A DNA stretch of 64,000 bases from Cyanophora paradoxa CCMP329 (taxonomy: Eukaryota > Plantae > Glaucophyta), in assembly GCA_004431415.1 (NCBI GenBank), contig QPMI01000098.1:62001-126000 (forward strand), in the 5' to 3' direction. Under the pieces are notes generated by a model. That model did not search any database and was not told the origin of the DNA. It worked only from the letters and a program-made list of their open reading frames with translations. The position numbers and the translations under genes were made by a program. This document shows, piece by piece, positions 47,153 to 59,048 of the stretch (positions are counted from its first letter, which is position 1; every line of letters begins with the position of its first letter).

Positions 47153-49160
47153 ATGGCGTTTGTGGCGTCGTTGACTGTCGCCGCGCGCGGCCAGGCATCA
47201 AGTGCGCGCGCGAACCGGCCAGACCCGCGCCTCTGAGCCGTTGCGCGCCTCGGCAGAGCGAAGCGGGTTCCTGGGGGCGCCGGTGCGCGGCTCGGCTGGC
47301 CGCCAGCCTCGCTCGGCGGTGCACGCCGGCGCTGCGGTGTGCGAGGCTCGCCCGTCGTCGGGCGCGCGCCCCGCGGGCCCCCGGAAGCCGAAAGTGCTCG
47401 CCATCGACATGGTGAGAGTCTCGCCGCGCGCGTCGAGGGCCGGGGCCGCGCGGCTGAGCGCGGCGGGCGGGGCGGCGGGGCGCGCGCCGCAGGACGGCAC
47501 CCTCTTCAACAGCAAGCACGAGGTCTCGGAGCGCAACCGCGAGGCGCTGGAGCGCGCAATGGAGAGCGGCGTGAAGGCGCGGCGCCCCGCCGGCCCTCGC
47601 GCCGCGCCGGCTCACGCCCCGCAGGTCGTCTTCGCGACGGGGAAGACGCGCGCCTCGACGCGGCCGCTGACGAGGCGCATGGGCCTCAGCTCCCTCCCCG
47701 GCGTCTTTCTTCAGGCCCGCTGGCGCCCCGCCCCGCCCCGCCCCGCCCCGCGCCGCTCCGCCCCGACCCGCGCCCGGCTGACCGCGGACGCCCCGCGCGC
47801 GCAGGGCCTCGTGGTCTACGGCCCCGACGAGGAGCTCCAGTGCGCGAACGAAGCTTTGGAAGCTTTAGAAAGCTTAGAGGGGCCCGAGCGGCGGGGCGGG
47901 GGCGCAGCTACGAGCGGGTGCTGCCGGACGAGGTCTCGGAGCGCATCATCCACATGGTCGAGCACCGGCACACCCTCGTCGCCTACAGCAACGACCACAT
48001 CCTCACCCGGGTCCGCCGCCCTCCCTCCCAGGGGCGGAGCTCGCCGCGCCCCGCCCCGCCCGATTGCTCACGCCCACGGCTGGACGAACGCGCGCGCACG
48101 CAGAAGCCCAACGACTACAGCTGTGCGCCCGCCCGCCCTCCGGCTCGCCTGCTCGCTCGCCTGGCGCTGAGCGCCGGGGCGGGCGGCGGGGGCGCAGACA
48201 TCCTGGCGAAGTTCCGGGAGCCGGAGCCGATCAGCGTCTGCTCGATGGACATCCGCCCGGGGCGGCAGCGCTTCCAGCGCGCCCTCGCCCCCGCCCCGCC
48301 CCCGCACGGCGTCTCCCTCTACGACGCCGTCCCCCACCGTCCGCGCCCCCGCTCTTTGCCCCCCCCCCCCCCTTTTCTCTGGCTAACAGGGTACCCCCCA
48401 GTCCCCTTCCACAAGATGCTCGTGCTGGACGAGCCCGACGCGATCTCGAGGCGCGCGCGCCTGTACCCCCCGGCGATCACTCCCTTCGACCTCTGACACG
48501 AAAGCCAAGCAGGTTGCGGGTGGAGATGGAGGAGGCGATGGAGGGCCACGCCACGTGCGTCCAGGCCATGGACAACATGCTCGAGGTCCGCGCCCGGCCC
48601 CGCCCTGTCGGACCGGAGGCTCAACACCCCCCCCCCCCCCCCCCAACCCAGATCCTGCCGTTGGGGGCGTCGAAGGGCGACGGGGTGGAGCGCCTCATCG
48701 ACCTCCTCGGCCACTCCTGGGACGAGGTGGCGCACCCTGCCCCTGAGCTGCCCCCGCCTCCTCGCCTCACCGCCCCGCTCCGCCCTCCAGGTCATGGCCC
48801 TGGGGTATGGCTCTTTTTCACGGTCAGGGGCCGCACCGCCGACGCCGCTGACCGGGGTACAGCGACGCGGAGAACGACCTGGAGATGCTGGAGCGCGCGG
48901 GGCTCGGCGTCGCCATGGTGCCGTACCCCCCGATCCTGTTGCCCCCCCCCCCCCCCCCCCAACTTTCGGCGCAGGGGAACGCCAAGGACTCGATCAAGGC
49001 GCGGGCGAACGCGGTCACGGGCACGAACGACGAGGACGGAGTCGCGCAGGTACCCCCGCCCGCCCCCTCCTCCGCTTCCCGGAGTCCAGAGCCGAGCTGA
49101 GAGCGCGCGCCCGGCGGCCGGCAGGCGATCGAGGAGTACATCCTCTCGTTCAGGGACTAG
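47153..49160 (+). CDS. Cof-type HAD-superfamily (subclass IIB) hydrolase with putative plastid transit peptide; 14 introns
   Basis: MAFVASLTVAARG..., Ala/Ser/Arg-rich N-terminus. Motif I LAIDMDGTLFNS, motif II VVFATGK, MLEILPLGASKGDG, motif IV VMALGDAENDLEMLERAGLGVAMGNAKDSIKARA, NDEDGVAQAIEEYIL. TAG 49158-49160. Confidence 0.92.
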
Positions 49161-50200
49161 TACTGAGTCTCCAGCCTCGGAGCCGCCTCCGGCACCGCAG
49201 GCCGTACAAACGTAGCCTAGTAGGGTGTGATCATAAGCCTTCAAGGCTTAACGCGAACCCGCGATAAGCACAGTGCCCACTTCAAAAAACTGAATCAAGA
49301 TTATCTTGGCCAATATTGCCACTGGGCCGAGGATATTAAGATGAAATCAGGGGATCCGGATCCAGGATATTGCCAATTGCAAGTTGATCTCAGGCTCAGC
49401 GGCTGTGCTCAGCGGCTCTAAGCCTTGATCATGAAGCCTTGGCCCAGTAGGGCTAGCCCGATGATACCGCATGGGCGGGCGCGCGGGGAGGGGTACCGCG
49501 CAAGTGGCGCAGGTCGGCCTCCGTCTCGTTGATGAGGAACTCGCGCCCGTCGTCCTGCGGCCCGTCAGGGGTACGCAGAGACGGTTGTGGAGGGGGTACG
49601 GTGAGACGCAGAGGGGGTACGGTGAGACGCGGCCCGTCAGGGGTACGCAGAGACGCAGAACTAGCTATAGTGCCCTGCCAGCGGCTGCTGCATTATACGG
49701 CAGCTGAGACTCTGAAATTTAGATTCCGAAGTTCAATTGCACTGATCATGATTCCGGATCCGAATGATTTCCATGGTCATGATGTCTCATCGAGTCATGA
49801 CGCCCTGCGGGGCCTAGCAATAGGCTGATCATCGGATCATGGGCATGTCACAGTGTGCATGTTGCGGAGACAATATCCAGTTAAGAATTGCAGAAGATCT
49901 CAGCAGTAAGCTCCCTAAATGCGACTTACTATGGAACTACGTAGAATGCAAAGTACTATATCACTAGCCACTGGGCGTCAACCGTTGAGCAGCGACCAGC
50001 AGCGGCGCGCGGTCAGCACCGCGGGAGAGAACAAAGCAAGAAGCACTGTGCGCGGTGCACGTGCACCGCGCACAGGGGACGCGCAAAGTTATGCGGATCG
50101 ATCCGTCGGCGGAAGCGAAAGGCAGAAGGGGGACCAGATGAATGGGAGGAGGAGGAGGAGGAGGAGGAAGGAGGAATGTCTAGAGACGGGCAGCAGGCTG

Positions 50201-51392
50201 CTAGGGGGCCGGCTCCTGCTTGACGACGGGGGCGCCCGGGGCGAGGGCGCGGCGGGCGGCCTCTAGGGCCTCCCCGACGGCCCTGACCCGCGGGTGGTCC
50301 CCGGGGTACAGCGCACCGAACCGCCCGTACTCCTGCGTGCCGGCCGGCGGTCTCGGTGAGCGAGCGGGGCGGAGGGGGGGAAGGGGGCGGGCGGGGGTAC
50401 CGCGGCGGCCTCGGAGAGGGCGTCGAGGGCGCGGGGGGCCTCCCCCGCGAGGGCCCAGGAGCGCCCCAGGGCGAAGAGCAGGTGCGCCAGCAGCGGCGTC
50501 CGCCCGCTGCGAGGGCGATCGCGCTCAGCGGCTCGGCGAGCGTGTCCCGCTCGGCGAATCAGTGAGTCGCGCGTTCAGCCGCGTTAAGAGGCGAGTTTTC
50601 GAAGAGGCTGGAGGGGCTCCGGTCTTTGATTTGGAAGCTTCTTTCGATGGTTCTCTTCTGGGAAGGAGGAAGGGCGGGGGCGGGGCGGGCACCTCCAGTC
50701 GACGAGGCGGTGGATGGCGACGGCGACGCGGAGGCCGGAGGCGAGCTCGCGGGGGTCCGTGCGGGCGAAGTTGGCGCGCATCGCCGTGAAGGGGTCCCCG
50801 CACGTCGAGGCGGCCACCTCGGCGTGCTCGGCCATCAGCACGACCGCGCGGCGGTACCTGCGCCGCCGCCCCCAACCAACCGACCTGAGCCGAGGCGGCC
50901 TGGCCTGGCGCTGAGCCAAGCGGGGCGAAGCAAAGCGGGGGCACGTCTGGACGGTGTCGAGGAGGCGCCCGAGGTGGAGGTGCCCCAGCGCCCCGAACCA
51001 GAGCGTTATGAACCGCAGCCCCGGCGCGTCCGGCAGCTCCTGCCCCGAGTCGGGCGGGGCGGGGCGGCGCGGGGCGGGGCGGGGCGGGCGCGGGCGCGGG
51101 TGCGGACGGGGGGAAGGGAGTCGGCGGCGTCGGTGTACTGCTCGATGAGGCGGAGGACGGCAGCGCGCTCGGCCTTCGACTTGAGCATCCCGTGCCCTGC
51201 CCCGCCCTCAGGCCCCGCCCCGCCCCCGGCCCCGCCCCGCCCCGCCCCGCCTACCGAGGACCTCGAGGCACTCGCGGCGTATGACGAGGTCCTCGGGGGC
51301 GGCCTCGGTGCCCTCCTCCGCGTCGAACCAGTAGAGGTGCTCCGCCACCTTCGAGCGAAGGGCGGCGGCTCAGCCGCGCACAGCGGAGCGCG

Positions 51393-51447
<55 letters not shown>

Positions 51448-53935
51448 CGGGGCGGGGCGGGCCTTCTGGGCCTCGTGGAGGAAGGAGCGGCGGACGAGGG
51501 TGCCGGCGAGGCAGTACATCGCCCGCGCCTCCGTGCGGGACGGGTGCAGCCCGTACTTGCGCACCGCCGACCAGCTGCCCCGCGGTCAGCTCAGCTCGGC
51601 CCCGCGCGCTCGCTTCGAGCGGGGAACTCGAAGAGGGGGCGCACCAGGCGTAGAAGGCGGCGCAGGCCTCGTCGTCCTGCAGCGCCTGCGCGCAGCGGAA
51701 GCCGTACTGCAGCAGGGCCTCGGCGTAGGCGGCGGGGGCCTCCGCCTGCCGCCCCTCGAGCGACCGCACCGCTAGCCGCGCCAGCTGCGAGGGGCGAGAG
51801 GGTCAGGGCTGGGCGGGCGCGGGCGGGGGCGGGGGCGGGGCGCGGGCGGGGGCGCGGGCGGACGGAGACGAGGGCGGGGGGCTGGAAGAGGACGAGGTCG
51901 TCGACGAGGGCGCGCAGGGCGGGGGCCAGCGCGTCCGCCAGCCGCCAGCTCCGCTCGCACGCCTCCACGAGGAACGCCCTGCGGCGGCGGCGGGGGCGCA
52001 GGAGTCGGCGTCGGAGGCGGAGGGGGAGCGGCGGTGCTGGCGGCGGGGGCGGGGGCGCGCGTGGGGAGCTTGGCGCGGACGGTGATGGTGCTGGCGGCGG
52101 CGCGGAGGAGCTCGATGGCGACGCGCTGCTCGGCGGCCACGCTGCCCGTCGCCTCCCGCAGCAGCAGCTGCGCCCGCCGGAACTCGGAGACGCCTGCGTA
52201 GCTGTTCACGAAGCGGGAGCAGAGCATGAGGCCGTTCGCGAGGAGCGCCTCCAGCGCCTCCGCGGCCCGCGGGGCGCGCGCCGCCAGCGCCCGCACGGCC
52301 TCCGCCACCGCGTCCTCGAAGCGCGCGCGCTCCTCCGGCGACTCGAAGACGGGCGGGGGGCGGCCGCCCGCGCCTCCAGCACGAACGCCTCCTCCGGCGA
52401 CGGCGGGTCCGACCCCGCGGCGCCCGCGCCGACCCCGCGCGCCGGCGCCGGCCCCGGGGCAGGGGCGGGGGCGGAGGACGAGGGGCGGGGCCGGCCGGCG
52501 AGGGTGCGGTCGACGCTGCGCAGGAGATCCTCCGCCTCTGCGCTGCCGACGCGCGAGGTCCGCGCCCGCTGCGCCGGCCGCCGCTCCGCCGGGGCCCCTC
52601 CGCCTCCCCGCGCGCCCCGCGAGCGCGAAGAGGCCTTCGCTTTGTGGAAGAGGCTCTCGAGGGAGTGGATCAGCGACCGGTCCATGTAGCCGTACCCGCC
52701 GCCTCCGGCCCGCCCTGCCCGCCCGCCCGGCCCGCCCCGCGTCAGCGAACGAGCGCGGGCGCACGCGGCGGCGCTGGAAGCGCACCGGAGGGGCCTGCGG
52801 GGGGCGGCCCCCGGTCCGCCCTGCGCGCTGCGGGCGGCTCGGGCGTCAACGAGAGACGGGGAGAAGGGGGGGGCGCGGCTGCTGCGCACGCGCGGCGCTC
52901 GAGCTCGGCCGACTCGGAGGCGATGGCTAGGGCCGCGAAGGGGTCCGCCACCTCCCCCACCGGGTCCCAGCCCGGCGGCGGGCCCGGCCCCTCCGCCCAC
53001 GACCTTGGTCGCGCCGCCCGCTTCCGCGCCGCCGACGCCGAGGCCGCCGGCGCCGGCGGGCGCAGCTGCCCGGGCCCCGCTCTTCGCCCGCCCGGCCGCC
53101 GAGGAGGCCTGCGGGGCGGCGGGGCGGCTGCGCCCCGGGTGCAATGGGGCGCTGGAAGAGGAGGCGGCGGGGGCGAGGAGGCGAGGAGCGCGGCGAAGAC
53201 GTAGGGAGGGAGGGGGTCGGGCAGGGCTCCGCGCCCGGCTCGGCGGCCGCGGGAGCGGGAGCCGGCTCGGGCGGGGCGAGGGCGGGGGCGGGGCGGCCGG
53301 CGCCGGGGCGATGGGGCGGACGGGCAGGAGGGGGCTGTTCGCGCGGGGGCCGCCGAGGGCGTCGGGCGGGGTCGGGAGGCCGAGGAGGAGGGCGGAGGAG
53401 CCGGAGGAGGCGGAGGAGAAGGGGAAGAGCATCGTGGAGGAGGTCCGCGTGCTGCACAGGATCCGCGTCCGAGAGACCGGCTCCCCTGCCGCCCGCACGG
53501 CCCGTCGCATCCTGGGGGGCCGGCGGGGCGGCGCGCGCGCGCGCACCGGTGTCGCAGAAGACGGCTCGGACCTCGTACCGCACGCCGGCGAAGGACTGCG
53601 CGGGCGCGCGCGTGAGCGGCGGGTGAGCGGGAGCGGGGCCGGGGGCGGGGCGGGGCGGGGGCGGGCCTGCGTGCTGGAGGCGAAGCCGAAGCTGCAGTCG
53701 GCGAGGCCGCGGGCGTCCAGGCGCAGCAGGAAGCCCTCCGAGGGCCTCCCCTTCAGGTCCTGCGCCGCCCAGCTCAGGCGGGCCGGGCCGGGGCGGGGCG
53801 GGGCGGGGCGGGGCACCTCGCCCGGGACGTTCAAATCCAGCGGCGGGAAACAGAGGAGCCTCATCTCGGGCGGGGGCGAGGGCAGCGCCCCGTCTGCGGG
53901 GCCCTCGATCGCGCCGGGCCGGCGAGAAGGCGGGC

Positions 53936-53966
<31 letters not shown>

Positions 53967-54575
53967 ACCGAGGGAGACGATGCCGGCGGTCAGGTGGATC
54001 ATCTGCTCGGCCCGCCCGCCCGCCACGCAGAGGCTGCACAGCGATCGTCGTGGACCGTGGGCGGGGCGGGCGGGCGGCGCGGCACCGGTACTTGCGGTTG
54101 ACCATGAGGACGAAGTGCAGGGCGCCGGGGGGCGAAGCCGGGTCCGGGGCCAGCAGCTCCAGCATGTCCTGCTCGCGGGCAGAGCGGCTCGGCCGGCGCC
54201 GCACGGCGCCACGGGCGGCCGGGCCGCGGGGCGCACCGACTTGACGTCCCTGACTCGGATGAGGAAGCCCGAGGCGTCCCGCGTCTCCAGCAGCGGGCTG
54301 CACGGGCGTCGGCGGCCACGCCGCATCGGAAAGCGACGTAGAAAGCGCGCACTCGACCTCGCCCCTCTTGATGCGCGACCGGTGCATCTTGCGGTACAGA
54401 GCGATGGGGCGCGCTTCGGACGACGGGCCGGGGAGCGTCGGCACGCCCGCGTCGCGAGCTTCTGTCGTCTGCGGGTCGAACGAGCACATGCGGTCAGGCC
54501 ACGCAGCCACGATACAGAATCTGCGGCTCGCGGGCGACGGCCGCGGCGCAGAGCTCGAGATGCGCTCACCTCCAT
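50201..54575 (-). CDS. Unknown protein: possible arrestin-N-like beta domain, low-complexity linker, alpha-helical/TPR-like C-terminus
   Basis: ATG GAG|gtgagc at 54575; consistent minus-strand introns. FLLRLDARGLADCSF..GVRYEVRAVF weakly resembles arrestin-N. LAHLLFALGRSWALAGEAPRALDALSEA..YPGDHPRV resembles a TPR. TAG at 50203-50201. Confidence 0.55.
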
Positions 54576-55334
54576 CTATGCGGCGTCTCTGGGTGAGTTG
54601 TTAGGCTTAGAGACTGGATCTGCCGCTGGAGGTCGGCCCGAGGGCCCCGCTGTGACCAGAAGCGACGGTGGACGTCAAAGCGGCGACGCCCGCGGGATCC
54701 CCATTGGTGACGGCCGCAGCCGTCAACCTTCGATTTGGAATCGAACGCCCGTATGCAGCAAAGCAGACGCCGGGAGAAGCGGTGTCTTCTGCTGAGCTCC
54801 GGTGCAGAAAGTTGCGGCTGCTCAGTTGCGGTTGTCCGCAGGAAAGTTGCAGTTGAAGAACTACAATAAAGCGATGCTGTTGCAAATCGTATGCACGCGG
54901 CACCCTTGAGCGTCAAGAAGCGTGCACGAGCGATCGATTGCGCAGTGCACGTGATGCAGTCAGAAAGTGCAGAAAGTGAGCTGAGACAAGACTATGTTGC
55001 TGCAATTCGCATGCACGGCGTTGCACGCCGTCGCTGGCGCTGAGCGTCAAAAGTGTCCGCTGCACGAGGGTTCGGTTGCGTCACAACTCGCGTGGTGACA
55101 GCGTCTATAGCTATTATATATACATCATCAGATGCCATATGCATGGTCCGTCACTAAGACCGGCCAGCTGGCATGGGGTCCCGGACTCCCGGCTGCGGCA
55201 TGGGGAAAGTGTCCCGGGCATCTTCGATCTAAGTCGCCTGTACCCCGCGAGTGCTGCAATGGCTGTGTGCAATTCGAACGGATTGCAATGATTATGTTGC
55301 AATCGCAAATCAACTGCGCATGCAATGTTTAGAT

Positions 55335-55436
55335 GTGAATATCAGTATACGTATGTGCACACGTTATGTAATAGCAAAGGGAGTCGTGAATATCAGTATA
55401 CGTATGTGCACACGTTATGTAATAGCAAAGGGAGTC
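55335..55436. repeat. Perfect 51-bp direct tandem repeat x2 in AT-rich intergenic DNA
   Basis: gtgaatatcagtatacgtatgtgcacacgttatgtaatagcaaagggagtc at 55335 and 55386. Confidence 0.95.
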
Positions 55437-55610
55437 GACGTCGTGAAATGGATACGAAATGCATATGTGAGATCAAATGCTTTACATCTCACAAGCTTAA
55501 GCTAGCTATTGCTAGCGCTAGTGAGGGACACATGTACATGGATTCATGATCAATGCAAGTATCATTAATATTCGATCGATAAAGCTCGTTTCTTAAGAGT
55601 TGCTCTGAAA

Positions 55611-58419
55611 TTATGCGAGAGAAGTGAAAGAAGGCTCAGAGGGCGTGGCGGCGTGGCGGCGGCGGGCGGCGACGGCGGCGGCGACGGCGACGGCGGCGAG
55701 GGCCGCGACGCCGACGAAGCCGCCGACGGCGCCGGCGGCGAGGGAGGCGCCGCGGGCGGCGGGGGCGGGGGCGGCGCCCTCGCCGCCCTGCTCCAGGGCG
55801 AGGAGGGCGCGGCGGGCGGGGCAGGCGGTCGGGGCGTTGGCGGTGATGTCCATCGTGAAGGCGCCCGTGGCCGACTTCTTGCCCTCCACGGCGATCGTGT
55901 ACGGCGTGCCGGCCTCCAGGCTCAGCGTCAGACGCGACTGCTTCGAGCCGCCCCCGCAGCCGTTGTCTGCGCGCGCGCGGGCGTCAGGCCGGCGGCGAGG
56001 CTGAAGGCAAGGGGGCGGGGCGCACCATCGGAGGCGAAGAGGGCGGCGGGGCCCTGGCCGGAGATCGGGCAGCCGGCGTAGACGTACAGCATCGTGTCCA
56101 GCGACACGGCGCGGTTGCACAGGCTGATCGTGTACGAGCTGCGCCGCGTCAGCGCGCGCCGGGCGGGGCGGGGCGGCGGGGCGGGCGGGGCGGACCCGGC
56201 GGCGGGGACGGTGAGGGTGTAGTAGGCCTCGCCCGAGGCCTGGCTGTTGGGCAGCAGGTTGGGGGTGGACGCGGTGATGGAGCCGGCGACTTGCGCGCCG
56301 CAGGCCGCCACGGCCGTCGCTTGGGAGCAGGTCGCTGCGCCGGCGGTCAGGCCCGCGCCAGGGCGGCGGCGCGGCGCAGCAGCGGCGTGCGCACTGGTGA
56401 CGGGGAGCGGCAGGGGCGTGGGCGCGACGGGCGCATCGGTCGGGCCGGGGTAGGGGCGGCGGGGCGTCGGTCGGGCCGGGGTAGGGGCGGCGGGGGCGTC
56501 GGTGGGGCCGGGGTGGGCGCCGGGGTCACGACGGGGCGGCGGTCGGCGTGGGAGGGGCGTCACGGCGGGGAGGGGCGACGGCGTCGCCGCTGCGCGCGGG
56601 CGCCCGTCAGAGGCGCGGCCGCGGCGGGCCGGCGGGCGGGGGCTCACCGGCGGGGGCGGGGAAGAGGGCGGAGAGGAGGAGGTTGGGGGCGCCCATCGTG
56701 TCGGCGATCTTGTTGGGCACGGCGGCGGCGAGGAGGGCCTGGAGGACCTGTGCCGGCGAGGCCGCCGGGTTCCGCTGCAGGTACAGCGCCGCCACGCCCG
56801 AGACTGCGCGCCGGCGTGAGCGGCGGCCGGCGGGGCGGCGGCGGGCGGGGCGGCGGACCGTGGGGGCAGGCCATGGAGGTGCCGGACATGGTCGCAGTGG
56901 CGGTGGTCGACGTGTAGTACGCCGAGAGAACGCTCGAGCTGCGCGCATGCTGGGTCGGCCCTTGTGCCAAGCGCGGGCGGGGCCGAGGGCGCGGGGGCGC
57001 ACCCGGGGGCGAAGATGTCGACGCAGCTGCCCCAGTTGGAGTACGAGGCGCGGGCGTCCGTGCTGCCGGCGGGTCAGCGGGGCCGGGGCCGGGGCGGGGC
57101 GGGGCGGGGCGGGGCGGGGCGGACCGGGTGGAGGCGGCGACGGTGATGGCGGAGGGGGCCGATGCGGGCGACTTGGAGCAGGCGGTCGCGTTGTCGTTGC
57201 CCGCCGAGACCGACACCACGATCCCCGCGCTCACCGCGCTGCGCGGCCCCGCGTCGGCGGGGGCGGGGTGGGGGCGGGGGCGGGGCGGGGCGCACTTGGC
57301 GATGGCGGTGTTGAGGGAGGAGGAGACGCCGCCGCCGAGGGACATCGAGATGACGGCCGGCCCGACGCGGTTCGCCCGCACGTAGTCCACCCCCGCGATG
57401 ATCCCGGAGTACGAGCCGGTCCCGTCGCAGCCCAGCACGCGCACAGAGTAGACTGCCGCAGCGTCGGCGGCGGCGCGTCGCGGCAGGCGGCGGGCGGAGG
57501 CGGGGCGCACGCTTGGCCTTCTTGGCGACGCCGTACGTCTTGCCGCCGATCGTGCCGGCGACGTGCGTGCCGTGCCCGCGGCAGTCGCTCCCGTTCCCTG
57601 CGGCGGCGGCGGCGCGTTCGGCGCGGGGGCAGCGGCGCTGGGGCGGCGGGGCGGACCGCCGAAGGCGTCGAAGGCGAAGGCGGCGCGGCCCTCGAACTCG
57701 ACGTGCTCGTACAGGATCCCCGTGTCCAGCACGTACCTGCCCCCGCCCGCTCGCCCCCCGCGACGCCGCCCGGGCGCGGGGCGCGGGGCGCGGGTACGCA
57801 CACGCTGACGCCCTCGCCGGTGGCGGTGTAGGTGTAGGTGCCGGAGAGGGGGAGGGCGGCCTGGTCGATGCGGTCGAGGCCCCAGAGGCCCGAGGGGACG
57901 CTCTGCGTGGCGGCCGCCTGCGCCTCCGACGCCGTCTGGTCCTCCTCCACCTCCGCCACCTCCGCCGCGCCCCGCACCAGCTCCACCACCCGCTCCGACA
58001 TCCTGCCAAGGCCGTCAGCGGCGCGGCGCGAGCGCGGGTGCGGCGCGGGCGGGGGCGCACATGGCGGCGAAGCCGGGGAAGACCGAGCGGTACTGGAAGG
58101 CGACTTGGAAGACGGGCGCCTGCGCGGCCGGCAGGTTCGCGAGGCGCGCCGCCACGTCCGCCCGCAGCCGCTCCAGCAGCGCCGCCGTCGCGCGCCCAGG
58201 CTCGGGCCCTCCGGCCGCGCCCCCGGCTGCCCGACGGCCGCGCCCGCCGCCTCGTCCGTGAATCGCTGCGAGTCGCCCCTCAGCGCCCCGCGGCCGCAGC
58301 GCGCCGCCGCCGGCGGCGGTGCGCACCACGATGTAGGACTTGGGCGCCGCCGCCGCCGCGACGCTCAGGAGCGCCGCGAGGGCAAAGAGCGCCACCCATG
58401 CACTACGCGTGCTCGACAT
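55611..58419 (-). CDS. Subtilisin S8A (proteinase K/aqualysin-like) protease with signal peptide, I9 propeptide, Pro/Thr linker, PPC-like domain and C-terminal TM anchor
   Basis: Signal peptide MSSTRSAWVALFALAALLSVAAAAA; WGLDRIDQ. Catalytic triad VYVLDTGI / DCRGHGTHVAGT / MSGTSMACPHVSG. Also SAGND, SPASAPSAITVAAS, YSNWGSCVDIFAPG. C-terminal hydrophobic helix followed by RRRH. Confidence 0.93.
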
Positions 58420-59048
58420 CGCCGGTGAGTTTCGATCAGCGCGCGGCCGTGCAGGTGGCGGGAGCGACGTGTGGGGTTGATCGGGTGAGCGCGCGCGTCC
58501 TCTGACTGCTGCTTTGGAAGCAGTGATCTAGATGCGCTGCTTTGGATGCTCGATGTGCCGAGGTGACGTGCGCTGTGAGCTGGTCTGGGACTCCGGGCGC
58601 GGTGCGCGGGATGCGCTGCGCCGAGCTGCTGAGCGCGGAGGCGCGCTGTGCTGTCCTTGTCAAGAGGAGAAAGGCTGCGAGGAGCCTTGCGCGTCGGTAC
58701 GAAGGCTGCTGAAGGCGGAGGCCAATGGCACGCGAGGCGCGTCGGAGCTGAAAGTGACTGGGGCTGCGAGGCCTGAAAGGATGAAGGCGCCGCCATCGTA
58801 TCGCGCTGGATGTGTTTGCTGGCAGATCCAGGTGGCCGCGGCCGCGATGGCGCTCGGAACGCCCGCTCGACTTCGACGTCTGGCAGCTCTGAGCGCGCTC
58901 CACGTTGTGCTCCCCCCCCCCCCCCCCCCCGCCCCACACACACAAGCCCGTACCCCGCGAGCCTTTCGGCGCAGCCGCTGCCACGTGCACTTCGCCTTGT
59001 CCTTTGAACTGACGCAGCGGAGGCAATGTTGTAGCTGTAAATTCGAAA

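Noticed and set aside
49555-49656. Short interleaved direct repeats (cggcccgtcaggggtacgcagagacg x2, gagggggtacggtgagacgc x2) as a functional element
   Set aside because: Looks like local slippage duplication in intergenic DNA, with no further supporting structure.
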